A DNA stretch of 64,000 bases from Escherichia phage PC3: sequence record ON184125, one strand, 5' to 3'. The translations under genes were made by a program, and so were the position numbers. How positions within the stretch are numbered: the first letter of the stretch is position 1; every line of letters starts with the position of its first letter. Shown in pieces: positions 1 through 10,028 of this stretch. The notes beneath the pieces were generated by a model. The model made no database searches. It was given only the letters and a program-made list of their open reading frames with translations, and was not told the DNA's origin.

Positions 1-218
1 GATCTGATGATTGCAAATGTAGAACACTGTCTGTTTGATGAGTCGGTTGATGCGTACTGCCAACCACGGTTCGCAAAAGTCGAGCTAACAAATTGTTGGC
101 CGCCGGAAATGGTTTTTCTATATTGACGTAGAAAGTTAATATTCACGCAAGTTCGCGCTCCGCTTGGTCGCGCACCTTATAACACTAAGGTGTTAACTTT
201 CTTTTCAATAAAAAGTAG

Positions 219-247
219 TTTACATCTATGAAAATGCAGTATATTAT
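219..247 (+). promoter_or_regulatory. sigma70-like early promoter candidate (TTTACA, 17-nt spacer, TATTAT)
   Basis: Hexamers with 17-nt spacing about 70 nt upstream of the first + strand gene; sequence reading only. Confidence 0.35.
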
Positions 248-315
248 GTTCTCACTACACAGTCAGAACAACAATATGCCGCGGATACGGTCTTAATAAC
301 GAAAGGGTTTTTATT

Positions 316-1152
316 ATGTCATATATTCTTCATGTGGAATCTGGAACCAAAATTGAAATTGAAGGCAAAGACGTTGCTGCTATTCAGGCTGAAATCAAAG
401 AAGCAGGTCTGATCATCGGAAACGTTACCCTGCGCCGTATGGTTGAAGGTGTTCTTCAGGCTGCCAACGGCTTCGAACTGATTGAAGGTCTGAGCGCCGA
501 AGAGAAGGAAGAAACCCAGCAGGCTCTGGCGCAAGCCCAAGAGCAAGCCCAAGCTGAAGTATCCCTGAAAGTCGCTGAAACCGTCGATGCTGAAGCACCG
601 ATCTCTGCCGATGCATGTGAAGTCCCAGTGTCCGACGCCCCGGTAGACGCGGTTGAAGATGCCGTCAACGCGGCGCTGGAAGAAGGCAATCAGCCGTCCG
701 ACGCGAAAATCGGTTCCTTGGCGTCTTCGATGCTGAAAGAAGCATCGAAGGGTAAGACCCTGACCCCGCAGGCAGCGCTGGTAGAGCGTAAACGCCGTCA
801 CACCAAACGTGAGGAAATGGTTGACTTGGCTCGCGCTTCTAATCACGGTCCGGTCTTGGCGGCGATTGAAGCTGGTGTTGTCCCCGGCGTGTTCCTGAGC
901 TACGTGAACCCAGACATGCGTTGGTTCCAGTTCCCGGTCACCGAACTGGCTAACCCTGAAAACCTTCACGCTCGCACCAATACGTATGTCGACGTTGCGC
1001 CTATCGTTTCCGGTGGCTGGGGCTTCAGTCTGTACGTGAACGGCAAGTCCTTCACCAAACGTCAGAAGATCAAAGAGTCTGATGCTGAGTCTCTGGTTAA
1101 GGCGATCAATGAATGGCTTCCACAGGCTCTGGCTGAAGCGAAAGCTGTGTAA
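316..1152 (+). CDS. hypothetical protein with acidic low-complexity central region
   Basis: 278-aa ORF; its antisense ORFs look spurious; no recognisable catalytic motif. Confidence 0.5.
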   Translation: MSYILHVESGTKIEIEGKDVAAIQAEIKEAGLIIGNVTLRRMVEGVLQAANGFELIEGLSAEEKEETQQALAQAQEQAQAEVSLKVAETVDAEAPISADACEVPVSDAPVDAVEDAVNAALEEGNQPSDAKIGSLASSMLKEASKGKTLTPQAALVERKRRHTKREEMVDLARASNHGPVLAAIEAGVVPGVFLSYVNPDMRWFQFPVTELANPENLHARTNTYVDVAPIVSGGWGFSLYVNGKSFTKRQKIKESDAESLVKAINEWLPQALAEAKAV

Positions 1153-1170
1153 ATTTAAGTTCAGAAACTG

Positions 1171-1198
1171 TTCAATAGATGAAGGGGTTGCTATAATA
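1171..1198 (+). promoter_or_regulatory. promoter candidate (TTCAAT, 16-nt spacer, TATAAT) followed by AGCAGC
   Basis: -10 TATAAT at 1193-1198; the 12-mer TATAATAGCAGC recurs at 10449-10460 upstream of the ligase gene. Confidence 0.35.
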
Positions 1199-1227
1199 GC
1201 AGCTCCTTTTGTTTATCGGAGCAGTTT

Positions 1228-1887
1228 ATGTCCTACTCCCTGAAGGGGCTGATGAAGCGCCCCGTCCACACATTCTTTAAACCACCCGTCGTAAAGGGGA
1301 TCTACCCAGCACGAGGGCAAATCTACTACGTCAAAGGCTCCAATGGTAGCGGTAAATCCACTGTGCCGTCTCAGCTGGCGGAGAGGGATCCTCAGGCGTA
1401 TGTCGTGACCCATAACGGCAAGGTAATGCTGACTGTCTGTCCTTCGTTCAACGTGGTCTGTATCGGTAAATATGACAAGTCGAAGTCCAAGGGGGTTGAT
1501 TCCCTGAAGGACACTGAGCAGATGTTGTTCGCGTTGTCTATTGCTGACCAACCAGAATACTTGAAATATGATGTGATTTTCGAAGGTATCATTCCATCCA
1601 CATTATTGAGTTCTTGGATCCCCCGCCTGACACGCCCACCACGTGAATTGGTTGTGCTCTTTATGGACACTCCCCTTGAAACGTGTATCTCCCGCGTTAA
1701 ATCACGTAACGGCGGTGTGGACTTCAATGAAAGTCTGGTGGTCGAGAAGTGGGAGAGAGTTCATGACCATCGTCAACGACATAAAGACTTGTTCCCTACG
1801 GTAGCTGCGGGTATGATGAAGTCTCACGGCCTAACGGTAGACCAGGCTGTGATGGCATTCCTCTGTCGTGATTTTGGGAGTATCTGA
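1228..1887 (+). CDS. P-loop NTPase / nucleotide or DNA kinase (candidate 5-hydroxymethylpyrimidine DNA kinase)
   Basis: Walker A GSNGSGKST; later IGKYDKSKSKG and IFEG motifs shared with the C-terminal domain of the 44142-45740 ORF; TGATG overlap with the downstream hydroxymethylase. Confidence 0.7.
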   Translation: MSYSLKGLMKRPVHTFFKPPVVKGIYPARGQIYYVKGSNGSGKSTVPSQLAERDPQAYVVTHNGKVMLTVCPSFNVVCIGKYDKSKSKGVDSLKDTEQMLFALSIADQPEYLKYDVIFEGIIPSTLLSSWIPRLTRPPRELVVLFMDTPLETCISRVKSRNGGVDFNESLVVEKWERVHDHRQRHKDLFPTVAAGMMKSHGLTVDQAVMAFLCRDFGSI

Positions 1888-2933
1888 TGGAAATCAAAGC
1901 AATTAACAACAATGACATGCTGAAGCAGGCTGTCTTGGCTATCCGTGAATTCGGGATCGAATCTGATCCTGGTAATGCTGAAATAAATACTGATAGCACC
2001 CGCTTCCTTGATGGCGTGACCATAACCGTCGCCGACATCCGTGACCGCTGGCTATCCGTTGAAGGTCGTAACTCATCGGCTATCGCTGCCATCGGCGAGA
2101 CCTTCTGGGTTCTGTCCGGGCGCGATGACGTTCGCTTCCTGTCCCGCGTATTACCTCGCGCTGCTAACTTTTCGGATGATGGGGTAACATGGCGAGCTGC
2201 TTATGGTCCGCGTCTGTACGCCCATGGCCAGCTGGATAGCGTTATCAACCGCCTGCGCAAGAACCCAAACACTCGCCAGGCGTACCTCACCATCTATGAC
2301 CCGGCTCTAGATTCGGATGCTGGTCTGGCGAAGTTCAGCGAGAGCGGCGAAGCAAAGACTAAGGACATGGTGTGTAACCTGGCTCTGTTGTTCGCCATCG
2401 TTGAAGGTCGTCTGAACCTGACGGTCATCAACCGCTCACAGGATGTTCTGTGGGGGATGAGTTCAATCAACTTCATTGAGTTCTCTATTCTTCAGGAAGT
2501 GATTGCTCGGGTGCTGGACGTTGACGTCGGTCAGTACAAGCTATTCTCTAACAATCTTCATTACTACAACAATGAAGTCAGCCAGAAGCAGCTTGGCAAG
2601 ATTACCAAAGACACAAAAGTCACTGGTGGTTTCATCAACTCCATGATTCACTTCACGAACGTGACCAACCAGAACCATATCCGCAATCTGTTCACTGGTG
2701 TGCTTCATCACTGTGATATCGGCAGCCCGTGGGAAACTGTGGTCGCCCACCTGAAGGAATATGATGCTGATCGTGGCCTGATTGTACAGATGGCGTACTG
2801 TCTGCACTGCAAACTGAACGAAAAGCTCATTAACCTGGACCTGATTCAGGATCATGGCTTGAACACCGCGCTCACCCATTCTCCGGTTGACCGCAAGATC
2901 GTTGATCCTAAGTTCCTGGAAGGTGTAGTATGA
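1887..2933 (+). CDS. thymidylate-synthase-family pyrimidine hydroxymethylase (dUMP/dCMP hydroxymethyltransferase-like)
   Basis: TS-fold motifs by eye: RQAYLTIYDP, candidate nucleophile Cys in MVCNLALLF, RSQDVLWGMSSINFIEFSIL resembling TS RSxD...FNI; substrate cannot be assigned. Confidence 0.7.
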   Translation: MEIKAINNNDMLKQAVLAIREFGIESDPGNAEINTDSTRFLDGVTITVADIRDRWLSVEGRNSSAIAAIGETFWVLSGRDDVRFLSRVLPRAANFSDDGVTWRAAYGPRLYAHGQLDSVINRLRKNPNTRQAYLTIYDPALDSDAGLAKFSESGEAKTKDMVCNLALLFAIVEGRLNLTVINRSQDVLWGMSSINFIEFSILQEVIARVLDVDVGQYKLFSNNLHYYNNEVSQKQLGKITKDTKVTGGFINSMIHFTNVTNQNHIRNLFTGVLHHCDIGSPWETVVAHLKEYDADRGLIVQMAYCLHCKLNEKLINLDLIQDHGLNTALTHSPVDRKIVDPKFLEGVV

Positions 2934-3499
2934 TGTACCCAAATCTTGAATTCTTTACGGGGCGCAAACGCTCCGGCAAGGACTTCTGTTTGGAGTCCCT
3001 GATCAGTTACCACCACTTACAGGGTGATATGGACATACAGCGCCTTTCTTTCTCTGATGAACTGCGCCGTGTAGCCAACTACATCTACCCATGGCTCCCA
3101 GCGGAGGTAGAGGATGCCGTGAAGGACGTTCCTTACGTGCACCCTGATAACCCCAAGGGCTTAACTCCACGGCAGATCTGGCTTCATCTAGGCAGCGATA
3201 CGGGCTTGCGTTATGTACAGCCTGATCTGTTCCTGGCATTCTTCAAGCGCTTCCAGCTTCCTCTGGTAGAGCAGAACCCCCACGTCCATTATATCGTGAG
3301 CGATCTGCGTACCCCTCAGGAATATGAATGGGCGCTGAGTACGAAATGTCCTATCACCCGTATTTCAAAGGCCGACCGTGCTGGTATCATAGAGGACGAT
3401 ATAGAGGCTTTCATTGACCAAATGAAAGTGGACTACGAATTCCTCAATCCATTTGATGGTTGGGAACCGTTCGTTAAATTCTACGGAGAACGTAAATGA
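2930..3499 (+). CDS. deoxynucleoside monophosphate kinase (T4 gp1-like)
   Basis: N-terminal FFTGRKRSGKD P-loop resembling T4 gp1 SGVKRSGKD; ATGA overlap with upstream gene. Confidence 0.65.
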   Translation: MMYPNLEFFTGRKRSGKDFCLESLISYHHLQGDMDIQRLSFSDELRRVANYIYPWLPAEVEDAVKDVPYVHPDNPKGLTPRQIWLHLGSDTGLRYVQPDLFLAFFKRFQLPLVEQNPHVHYIVSDLRTPQEYEWALSTKCPITRISKADRAGIIEDDIEAFIDQMKVDYEFLNPFDGWEPFVKFYGERK

Positions 3500-4050
3500 T
3501 CACAGCAGGGCATATCAAAAGCCTGCTCGAACTCCAAAAGGCCACCAACGTGGCCTACTTTGGGGAAGAGTGGAAGAATGTATGGAGTCAGAACGCAGTC
3601 ATCAACTCTATCTATCGTGAGTGGGCAGAGTTCCTTGATGAAACCACCCGTGACTGGAAGGTCTATGGCAACGACATCGGGTTTGACCATACGAACGCAG
3701 TTTATGAACTGGTGGACGTGGTACACTTCATGTTGTGCTTCATCCTTGTGGACCGCACCAAAGGTGAGATCGAAGAAGAATTTGAAGTCCTTAGTAATCG
3801 CGAATTCACCCCATCTGCTTTGGGTGTTGTAGGGCATCACAATGTTACGTACCGCCTTGGGCAATTCATGAACGATCCTTGCGTTGAGACTCTCATGTTC
3901 TTCCTGTCGTCTGCGTGTTCTTATATGGAGATCGACATTGAGACTTACATACTGGCACACAAACGCAAGAACGATCGCAATCGCCTGCGTGCTGCTGGTG
4001 GCGCGGATTACGATAAGTCTGCAGAAACCCCTCTGACCCTGGAGTTCTAA
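3496..4050 (+). CDS. all-alpha NTP pyrophosphatase (dCTPase/dUTPase-like, T4 gp56-type)
   Basis: EWAEFLDE and ELVDVVHFML motifs typical of MazG/dCTPase-type pyrophosphatases; located in the nucleotide-metabolism cluster. Confidence 0.5.
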   Translation: MITAGHIKSLLELQKATNVAYFGEEWKNVWSQNAVINSIYREWAEFLDETTRDWKVYGNDIGFDHTNAVYELVDVVHFMLCFILVDRTKGEIEEEFEVLSNREFTPSALGVVGHHNVTYRLGQFMNDPCVETLMFFLSSACSYMEIDIETYILAHKRKNDRNRLRAAGGADYDKSAETPLTLEF

Positions 4051-4592
4051 TGTTTACAGTCGTCGTTTCATATCATGCAGACAACGCGGCGAACGCATCC
4101 GCTAATTTCGCCGAGCACATCATCGGCGGCGGTCATAATGTATTCCTTACTGAATACACCAGGCCTGTTAAACCGGGCGACGGTCTTTCGGCGACTGTTA
4201 CGCATAAGATCGCCAGCGAGCAACCAGAGTCTCTGTTCAGGATGATCGAAGAGTATGCCGGTGGTGGCATCAAGATACCAGATGAACTGGTAGACGTCTA
4301 TTTTGAAGGCTCGATCTATTACATCCACGCTATGCCAAAGGATGTAACCATTGAACAGATGATGTATATCCTGAATATAGCACTGAACACTGCGTGCATC
4401 AACCGCACGAACTACAACAATCTGCGCAATATGTACCTAACCGACCGGCATAATGACGATGCGTCACTTGTTGAGACAATGTCCCTGAAGAGCATCCAAG
4501 AGGCGGTTAACATTTTGTCCCAGAAGGTTATGGGTGTAGACTTACTAACGACGATTAACAACAAAGAGGAAGTGAAATGGCCAGTTCATTAA
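4050..4592 (+). CDS. hypothetical protein
   Basis: 180-aa ORF, start overlaps upstream stop; no recognisable motif. Confidence 0.5.
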   Translation: MFTVVVSYHADNAANASANFAEHIIGGGHNVFLTEYTRPVKPGDGLSATVTHKIASEQPESLFRMIEEYAGGGIKIPDELVDVYFEGSIYYIHAMPKDVTIEQMMYILNIALNTACINRTNYNNLRNMYLTDRHNDDASLVETMSLKSIQEAVNILSQKVMGVDLLTTINNKEEVKWPVH

Positions 4593-5662
4593 TGGACCGC
4601 ATGCTGAAGGTTGCTAAGAAACACGATGACCAGGCTTCAGTGCTGTCCAAATCCGACGCTCTGGAACCGTCTATCATCTGTTCTACTGGTATTCCCCTGA
4701 TCGATATCGCATGGTCTGGGCGTATTGACGGTGGTCTGATCTCCGGTATCAAGATGATGGTGGGTGATTCCCGTACCTTCAAAACGATGTTCGGTCTGGT
4801 GGACGTCAAGGCGTACATGGACAAGTTCCCTGATGCTATCTGCGTCTTTGCGGACTCAGAAAAGGGTGCCAACGCCGATTACTGGACCTCTATGGGCATT
4901 GACATGGACCGCGTCCTGTACGTACCGATCGACAACGTTGAACAGACCAAGATCCGCTTGCTGCAGATCCTCCAGGAAGTCAAGAAAGGCGACCATGTTA
5001 TAATCTTCATCGACTCTATCAGCCAACTACCCTCCACCAAGGAAGTTGAAGATGCGATCAAAGGGAACGACACTCAAGACATGACCCGCGCCCGTGCCCT
5101 TAACAGCTTCTGGCGTGTCATGACTCCCGAAATCAACAGCAAAAATCTCGTGTGTGTTTGGATCAACTCCTATTACGATGAGATCGGCAACCAATATGCC
5201 GAGCCTAACATCAAAGGCGGCAAACAGGGCTTCTTATCCTCCAACTTGATCTGGTTTATCACCCGTTCTCAGGTGAAGGAAGACAAAGATCTGCTGGGTT
5301 GGAACTTCAACATAAGCATCATGAAAGGTCGCCATGTCAAAGAGAAAGCCAAGCTCCCTGTGACGGTACTGTACAACGGTGGTATTGATCGCTGGAGCGG
5401 CCTGCTTGAGATCGCTCGTGCTCTGGGTTATGTTGATATGCCGTCTTCCGGTTGGTATGTGCGTACAGCCAAGGGTGGTTTCGATCCTGAGAAGGAAAAG
5501 AAATATCAGAAGCGTCAGATGGATGATGATTTCTGGTATCCGCTGCTGGAGAATGTCAACTTCGCCGATGACGTGAAGAAAATGTTCGGTGTTTCTAACG
5601 GTACTGTTATGCCTGCTAACATGCTGGAGCAAATGGACCATGTTATCAACACAAGCGAATAA
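4577..5662 (+). CDS. uvsX: UvsX recombinase (RecA-like strand-exchange protein)
   Basis: Extended similarity to T4 UvsX from memory: FKTMFGL, FPDAICVFADSE, VIIFIDSISQLPSTKEVEDA, DMTRAR, GRHVKEKAKL, NGGIDRWSGLLEIARALGYV. Confidence 0.92.
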   Translation: MASSLMDRMLKVAKKHDDQASVLSKSDALEPSIICSTGIPLIDIAWSGRIDGGLISGIKMMVGDSRTFKTMFGLVDVKAYMDKFPDAICVFADSEKGANADYWTSMGIDMDRVLYVPIDNVEQTKIRLLQILQEVKKGDHVIIFIDSISQLPSTKEVEDAIKGNDTQDMTRARALNSFWRVMTPEINSKNLVCVWINSYYDEIGNQYAEPNIKGGKQGFLSSNLIWFITRSQVKEDKDLLGWNFNISIMKGRHVKEKAKLPVTVLYNGGIDRWSGLLEIARALGYVDMPSSGWYVRTAKGGFDPEKEKKYQKRQMDDDFWYPLLENVNFADDVKKMFGVSNGTVMPANMLEQMDHVINTSE

Positions 5663-5969
5663 CAGTGGAGGGGGAGGAGACTCCCCCAATAACTACACAA
5701 TCATCGACCCTGGTGCTGATCAGCTGGCGATCATCAAGATCACTTCTGGCAAATTCCGTGGTGTTCAATTCCGGTTCGGCAAGGTGGCCATCAACGAAGT
5801 GGACTGCGAACCCCGCCTGTCTTTCGTGACTGATATATTGAAGAAACCATTGCGTCTGATGTTTGTGAATTTGAAAGAAAATGACTTGTTCACTGAGGTG
5901 TCAGGGGATATCCTTGTAGACCTCATGCAGCGTAATGCTCAGGAATATAATAAATTTTTGGTGGGGTAA
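5640..5969 (+). CDS. hypothetical small protein (start uncertain)
   Basis: ORF between uvsX and the helicase; in-frame ATG at 5640 overlaps the uvsX 3' end; a GGGGGAG/CTCCCCC hairpin lies inside the 5' region. Confidence 0.3.
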   Translation: MLSTQANNSGGGGDSPNNYTIIDPGADQLAIIKITSGKFRGVQFRFGKVAINEVDCEPRLSFVTDILKKPLRLMFVNLKENDLFTEVSGDILVDLMQRNAQEYNKFLVG

Positions 5970-5976
5970 GTGGCCA

Positions 5977-7401
5977 ATGTTACTCGAATCTGTCGTGCTT
6001 TCACAGTTGATTTACAATGAAGATTACCAAAGAAAGATCCTGCCGTACCTGAAAGCCGATTATTTTGACAACGAAGGCGAAAAGGTCATCTTTGGTCTGA
6101 TTGACAGTTATACCTCAGAGTACAATGCCCGCCCGTCTGTCGAAGCACTATCTATAATTCTTGAACGGACAAAGCTGAACGAATATGTGTTTGACCAGGC
6201 GGTATCTGCCCTGGAGAACATCAACGACAACACCTTCAATGAAGAGTGGCTGGCGAAGGAAACCGAGGCTTGGGCGCGACAAAAGGCCGTACACAACGCA
6301 ATCAAGACCGCCGTTAACATCTACGGTGACGAGAAGCGCAAGGACGAGATGAACAACATCCCGACCATGTTGCAGGAAGCCCTGGCTATCCGGTTTGATT
6401 CATATCTCGGTCACATCTATTGGGAGATGGCGGCAGAGCAGTATGACCACATGAACTCCAACGAGGCCAAGATCCCGTTCGCAGTTGAGATCTTCAATAA
6501 GGCGACACGTGGTGGCGTTGGTAAGAAGACACTGAACATCGTAACAGGTGCGATCAACGCAGGTAAGACCACAACGCTGATTGACCTGACCGCAGGGTAC
6601 TCGGAGCAGGGGCTGAACGTCTTTGTCTTCACCCTTGAAGTGGCCGAGAACGTCTGGCGACACCGTCTTGATGCCCGTATCATGCGTCGCGACTTTGAGT
6701 CTTTAGAGAAACTCACAAGGCACGAGTATATTGCAACGATAGAGAAGCTCCGCAGTCGCCAAGATGGTGCGCCCAAGGGTGATATCGTCATCAAGGAATA
6801 TCCTTCCGGTACTGGACACACAGGTTTATTCCGCCGCGATATCCTTGAGTACATCCAGGCAACTGGTCGTGCTCCTGATGTTATCGTTATTGACTATCTT
6901 GGCGAAGCTGCTTCCTCGCGCCTGCCTGCCCACCTGATGCAGAACACGAACGTCTATTACACGTCTGTGGCTCGTGAGTTTCGTGCGCTGGGATTTGAGT
7001 TTGATGTCCCTGTATGGACTGGTATGCAGTTCAATCGTGAGAATCAGAATAGCACTGATGGTGGAATCAGTGATTTGGCAGATGCTATCGGTATTCCGAA
7101 GGTGGCCGACTTCATCATGGCATTCTATGCTCCTGACGAACTGGCGGCGGTCAAGAAAGCCCGAGCCTCAATACTCAAGAACCGTTATGCCAACAAGCAG
7201 AAGCTGAAATCATTCCTGTTTGGTATGGACCAAGACAAACAGATCCTGTTTGACCTGGACTGGAATGAAGTTAAGAAGGACCTGACTGAGGCTGAGGCCA
7301 AATATGTCGAAAACGTACACATCAAACATGACCTCAACAAGTCCGGAGCTGCTGCCAGCGATGAGCAGAAAGCCCAAACGGTCAATAATTGGAAATTCTA
7401 G
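5977..7401 (+). CDS. replicative DNA helicase (T4 gp41 / DnaB family)
   Basis: N-terminus resembles T4 gp41; Walker A TGAINAGKTT; start placed at MLLESVV giving 474 aa (T4 gp41 is about 475 aa). Confidence 0.85.
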   Translation: MLLESVVLSQLIYNEDYQRKILPYLKADYFDNEGEKVIFGLIDSYTSEYNARPSVEALSIILERTKLNEYVFDQAVSALENINDNTFNEEWLAKETEAWARQKAVHNAIKTAVNIYGDEKRKDEMNNIPTMLQEALAIRFDSYLGHIYWEMAAEQYDHMNSNEAKIPFAVEIFNKATRGGVGKKTLNIVTGAINAGKTTTLIDLTAGYSEQGLNVFVFTLEVAENVWRHRLDARIMRRDFESLEKLTRHEYIATIEKLRSRQDGAPKGDIVIKEYPSGTGHTGLFRRDILEYIQATGRAPDVIVIDYLGEAASSRLPAHLMQNTNVYYTSVAREFRALGFEFDVPVWTGMQFNRENQNSTDGGISDLADAIGIPKVADFIMAFYAPDELAAVKKARASILKNRYANKQKLKSFLFGMDQDKQILFDLDWNEVKKDLTEAEAKYVENVHIKHDLNKSGAAASDEQKAQTVNNWKF

Positions 7402-7465
7402 GCAATTCAATAAAGCGGGTCATAGGGTATAATTCTATGATCTGAATGTAAACCAGGAGCACATC

Positions 7466-7801
7466 ATGTCACACAATGATTTTATGGCTGGCCTGGTGCA
7501 GGCCGCCAAACAGGTGTGCCACACCAAACAAGCGATTGAGCTGAGTCCGGAGCAGACTCTGGAGTTCTTCAACAATCGTAAAATCTGGGAGGAATATGGA
7601 ATTGGTATGATATGCCAAGAGGGTGAACTCGTACAGCTGGATCTACCGTCATTTCCCCTTCCAGTGCGCACCAACACAGTGGAATGGTATACGACGGAAG
7701 ATGGTGTAGAGATCATCCCGAAGTTCCAGTATCACTCAATCGTAAACTTCTTTTTACGCCGTTGCGGGACTAATCTGATCCCACAAGGTATGAGATCTTA
7801 A
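7466..7801 (+). CDS. hypothetical protein
   Basis: 111-aa ORF preceded by TATAAT at 7428-7433 and RBS-like AGGAG. Confidence 0.45.
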   Translation: MSHNDFMAGLVQAAKQVCHTKQAIELSPEQTLEFFNNRKIWEEYGIGMICQEGELVQLDLPSFPLPVRTNTVEWYTTEDGVEIIPKFQYHSIVNFFLRRCGTNLIPQGMRS

Positions 7802-7816
7802 CAAGAGGAACACCAA

Positions 7817-8131
7817 ATGTCTGTAGAACAAATCGGCTTTTATGTACTACCATCTGATCCTGAATCCCGTCGCAAGCTGATAGGTGCAATTGAAAACTGT
7901 CGTGCCGCCCAGGTCCGCATCAAGTCGGAACAGACTTTCATTACTGAGACTCTGGCCGAGCTGGCGAAAGACACGGGTATCAAGGCCAGCGACTTGCGCA
8001 AGGTTGTATCCGACCGCGCCAATGGAACTTACCATAAGACGATCGAAACGAGCGAGAAATATCAAGACTTATACGAGTCTCTATTCCCGAACGCCAAGCC
8101 CGATCGAGACCCGAATGTCAGTGGCGAATAA
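7817..8131 (+). CDS. hypothetical protein
   Basis: 104-aa ORF with RBS-like AGAGGAA upstream. Confidence 0.45.
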   Translation: MSVEQIGFYVLPSDPESRRKLIGAIENCRAAQVRIKSEQTFITETLAELAKDTGIKASDLRKVVSDRANGTYHKTIETSEKYQDLYESLFPNAKPDRDPNVSGE

Positions 8132-8224
8132 GTCAATCGAACACCAAGAAGCCCAGTCAAGTACTGGGCTTTTTACTTCAATAACTTTACTTTCAAGAAA
8201 TAATCGCCTAATATTTAATCTGTA

Positions 8225-9451
8225 TTGAAGAGTTACAACTACATCATGAGGCTGGAAATGAACGTCAAAACATTCAATATTCCGATCGACAATGAAGGGT
8301 TGGTAGTTGAGCGACTGAAGAAGCTCGAGCGCACTGCCGAAAGGTTGGGTGTTCCGTTTCCGACTGTGACTTATGGTGAACCCTTCAAAACCCACACCCG
8401 CGACTTCACTGGTGAGATCATTACTCACTGGTGGAAACCTGTTACTCTTGAAGGCGAAGGCATTGACCGCCCCGTCTCTTATGGTGGCTGGAAGATCATC
8501 GGTCAGTTCAATCACGAATATCCAAAGGTTATTCTTAACCGCCTGTCCGACAACATCAATCCTGACTTCATCCGTCGCTTCGAGACAGAGAACGTCTCTT
8601 GGTGTCAGCATTGCAATCTAGCCATCCGTCGCAAGAACACGTATGTGATTGAAAATGAGGAAACGCATACCCAGATGCTGATTGGTAGCACCTGTATGCA
8701 TCATTATGTACCTCATCAGAAATCGCTTGACGCGATTATGTCTTACTATCTGGGGATCCAAGAGTTCTTCATGCCAGAAGAGGACGACCCAGAGGGTATA
8801 TATCGCGTCCAAAATGAGCGCTTCACCGATACCCACAGTTACCTGCGCGCATGCTTCCAGGTGATGCTGGCAGGCGTGGATATCAAGTCTGAACTGTTTG
8901 ACAAAGTACTGGGCTATGTCCGGTCTCACCAGAAACCAAAAGCAGGTTCCGATGAAGAGTATTTCGTAAACAAGGCACACGAATACCGTGAAGATGCCGA
9001 GTCGGAAATGTACCATATGAAGCTCTTCATCAGTGCGCTGTCCGAATCTAATGAGTTCAATGTTCGCCTGAAACGCATGTGTGAACCCGGCTATCACCTC
9101 ATCAAGGATAACAACACAGTCCGCTGGGGTGCCAAGAAGTATTACGATTACATCCATCGTCCTCGTACTGACCGCAAGGCGGAGAACAAATGGGTGGGTG
9201 AAGTCGGTGAAATGCTGGAAGTGCAAGTCAGGTTCGACAAGCGCACCTTTCTCTTCTCCAATGAATATGGTGATAGTTACCTGTTTACTTTCAAAACAGC
9301 AGAAGGCAATACAATTACCTGGAAGACCTCTTATATGGATACAGAGTTCTTGCAGGGCGATATGATCATCCGTGGTCGTGTCAAAGAACTGACTGAGTAC
9401 AACGGCGTTAAACAAACTCAGGTCACTAGAGCCAAATTGAGGAAATTATGA
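8225..9451 (+). CDS. hypothetical protein (Cys/His-rich central segment)
   Basis: 408-aa ORF; WCQHCNL...STCMHHY cluster may bind metal; no family assignment. Confidence 0.55.
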   Translation: MKSYNYIMRLEMNVKTFNIPIDNEGLVVERLKKLERTAERLGVPFPTVTYGEPFKTHTRDFTGEIITHWWKPVTLEGEGIDRPVSYGGWKIIGQFNHEYPKVILNRLSDNINPDFIRRFETENVSWCQHCNLAIRRKNTYVIENEETHTQMLIGSTCMHHYVPHQKSLDAIMSYYLGIQEFFMPEEDDPEGIYRVQNERFTDTHSYLRACFQVMLAGVDIKSELFDKVLGYVRSHQKPKAGSDEEYFVNKAHEYREDAESEMYHMKLFISALSESNEFNVRLKRMCEPGYHLIKDNNTVRWGAKKYYDYIHRPRTDRKAENKWVGEVGEMLEVQVRFDKRTFLFSNEYGDSYLFTFKTAEGNTITWKTSYMDTEFLQGDMIIRGRVKELTEYNGVKQTQVTRAKLRKL

Positions 9452-9564
9452 ATTTGATTGAGTTTGTTCTGAAGTCGTTCGCCTTTGGTCTGATAGCATG
9501 TGGGATGATTACAGCTATGCTTCTCATCATAGCCCTGGTCATCCCCTTTAAGAGGAAACGCTGA
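9448..9564 (+). CDS. small hydrophobic peptide (38 aa)
   Basis: ATGA-coupled to the upstream gene; translation is mostly hydrophobic (single TM helix). Confidence 0.25.
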   Translation: MNLIEFVLKSFAFGLIACGMITAMLLIIALVIPFKRKR

Positions 9565-9776
9565 TGGAATGTTCATGCGGAGGGCAGGGCACAAGTGCTT
9601 ACCTGCCATTCACCACTGTGAAGGAAGCCGAAGCCGCCGGATTTGCCGTAAGCAAGGCTCCCTGTGTAATCGCCACGAAGGATTGCCCGTGCTGTAAGAG
9701 GCACTCTCAGGACGTCTTCTACGCCCCTGATGCGCGTCCGGCTACGGTCAACCTACTCTCACTGATGAGGAAGTGA
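9564..9776 (+). CDS. small Cys-rich protein
   Basis: 70-aa ORF with CSCGG...CPCC motifs. Confidence 0.3.
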   Translation: MECSCGGQGTSAYLPFTTVKEAEAAGFAVSKAPCVIATKDCPCCKRHSQDVFYAPDARPATVNLLSLMRK

Positions 9777-10028
9777 CATGCGCAAGTATTTCAATTGGCT
9801 GTTGGCAAGCCCCTGATGCGCTGAGATCCGTTGTCTAATCGATGCCATTGACGCCAAGGCTGTTTACAAAGCCCTCTCCCGACATCACAAGCGCTAGATT
9901 AATCGCACAGAGGCTCAGGCCGAAATTAAAAATCGTGAAGAAGTCCACAAGGCTCTGGGTTTCATAACAAATAATTCAATAAACTATTCACCCATATAAT
10001 ACATGGGAACTTACAGAAGGAACAGACC

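Noticed and set aside
319-969. 216-aa minus-strand ORF antisense to the first gene, and similar long antisense ORFs (14278-15186 +, 42466-43575 +, 48273-49022 +, 35374-36063 +)
   Set aside because: Each lies entirely inside a longer ORF on the opposite strand that has recognisable motifs or better coding context; they look like antisense artefacts
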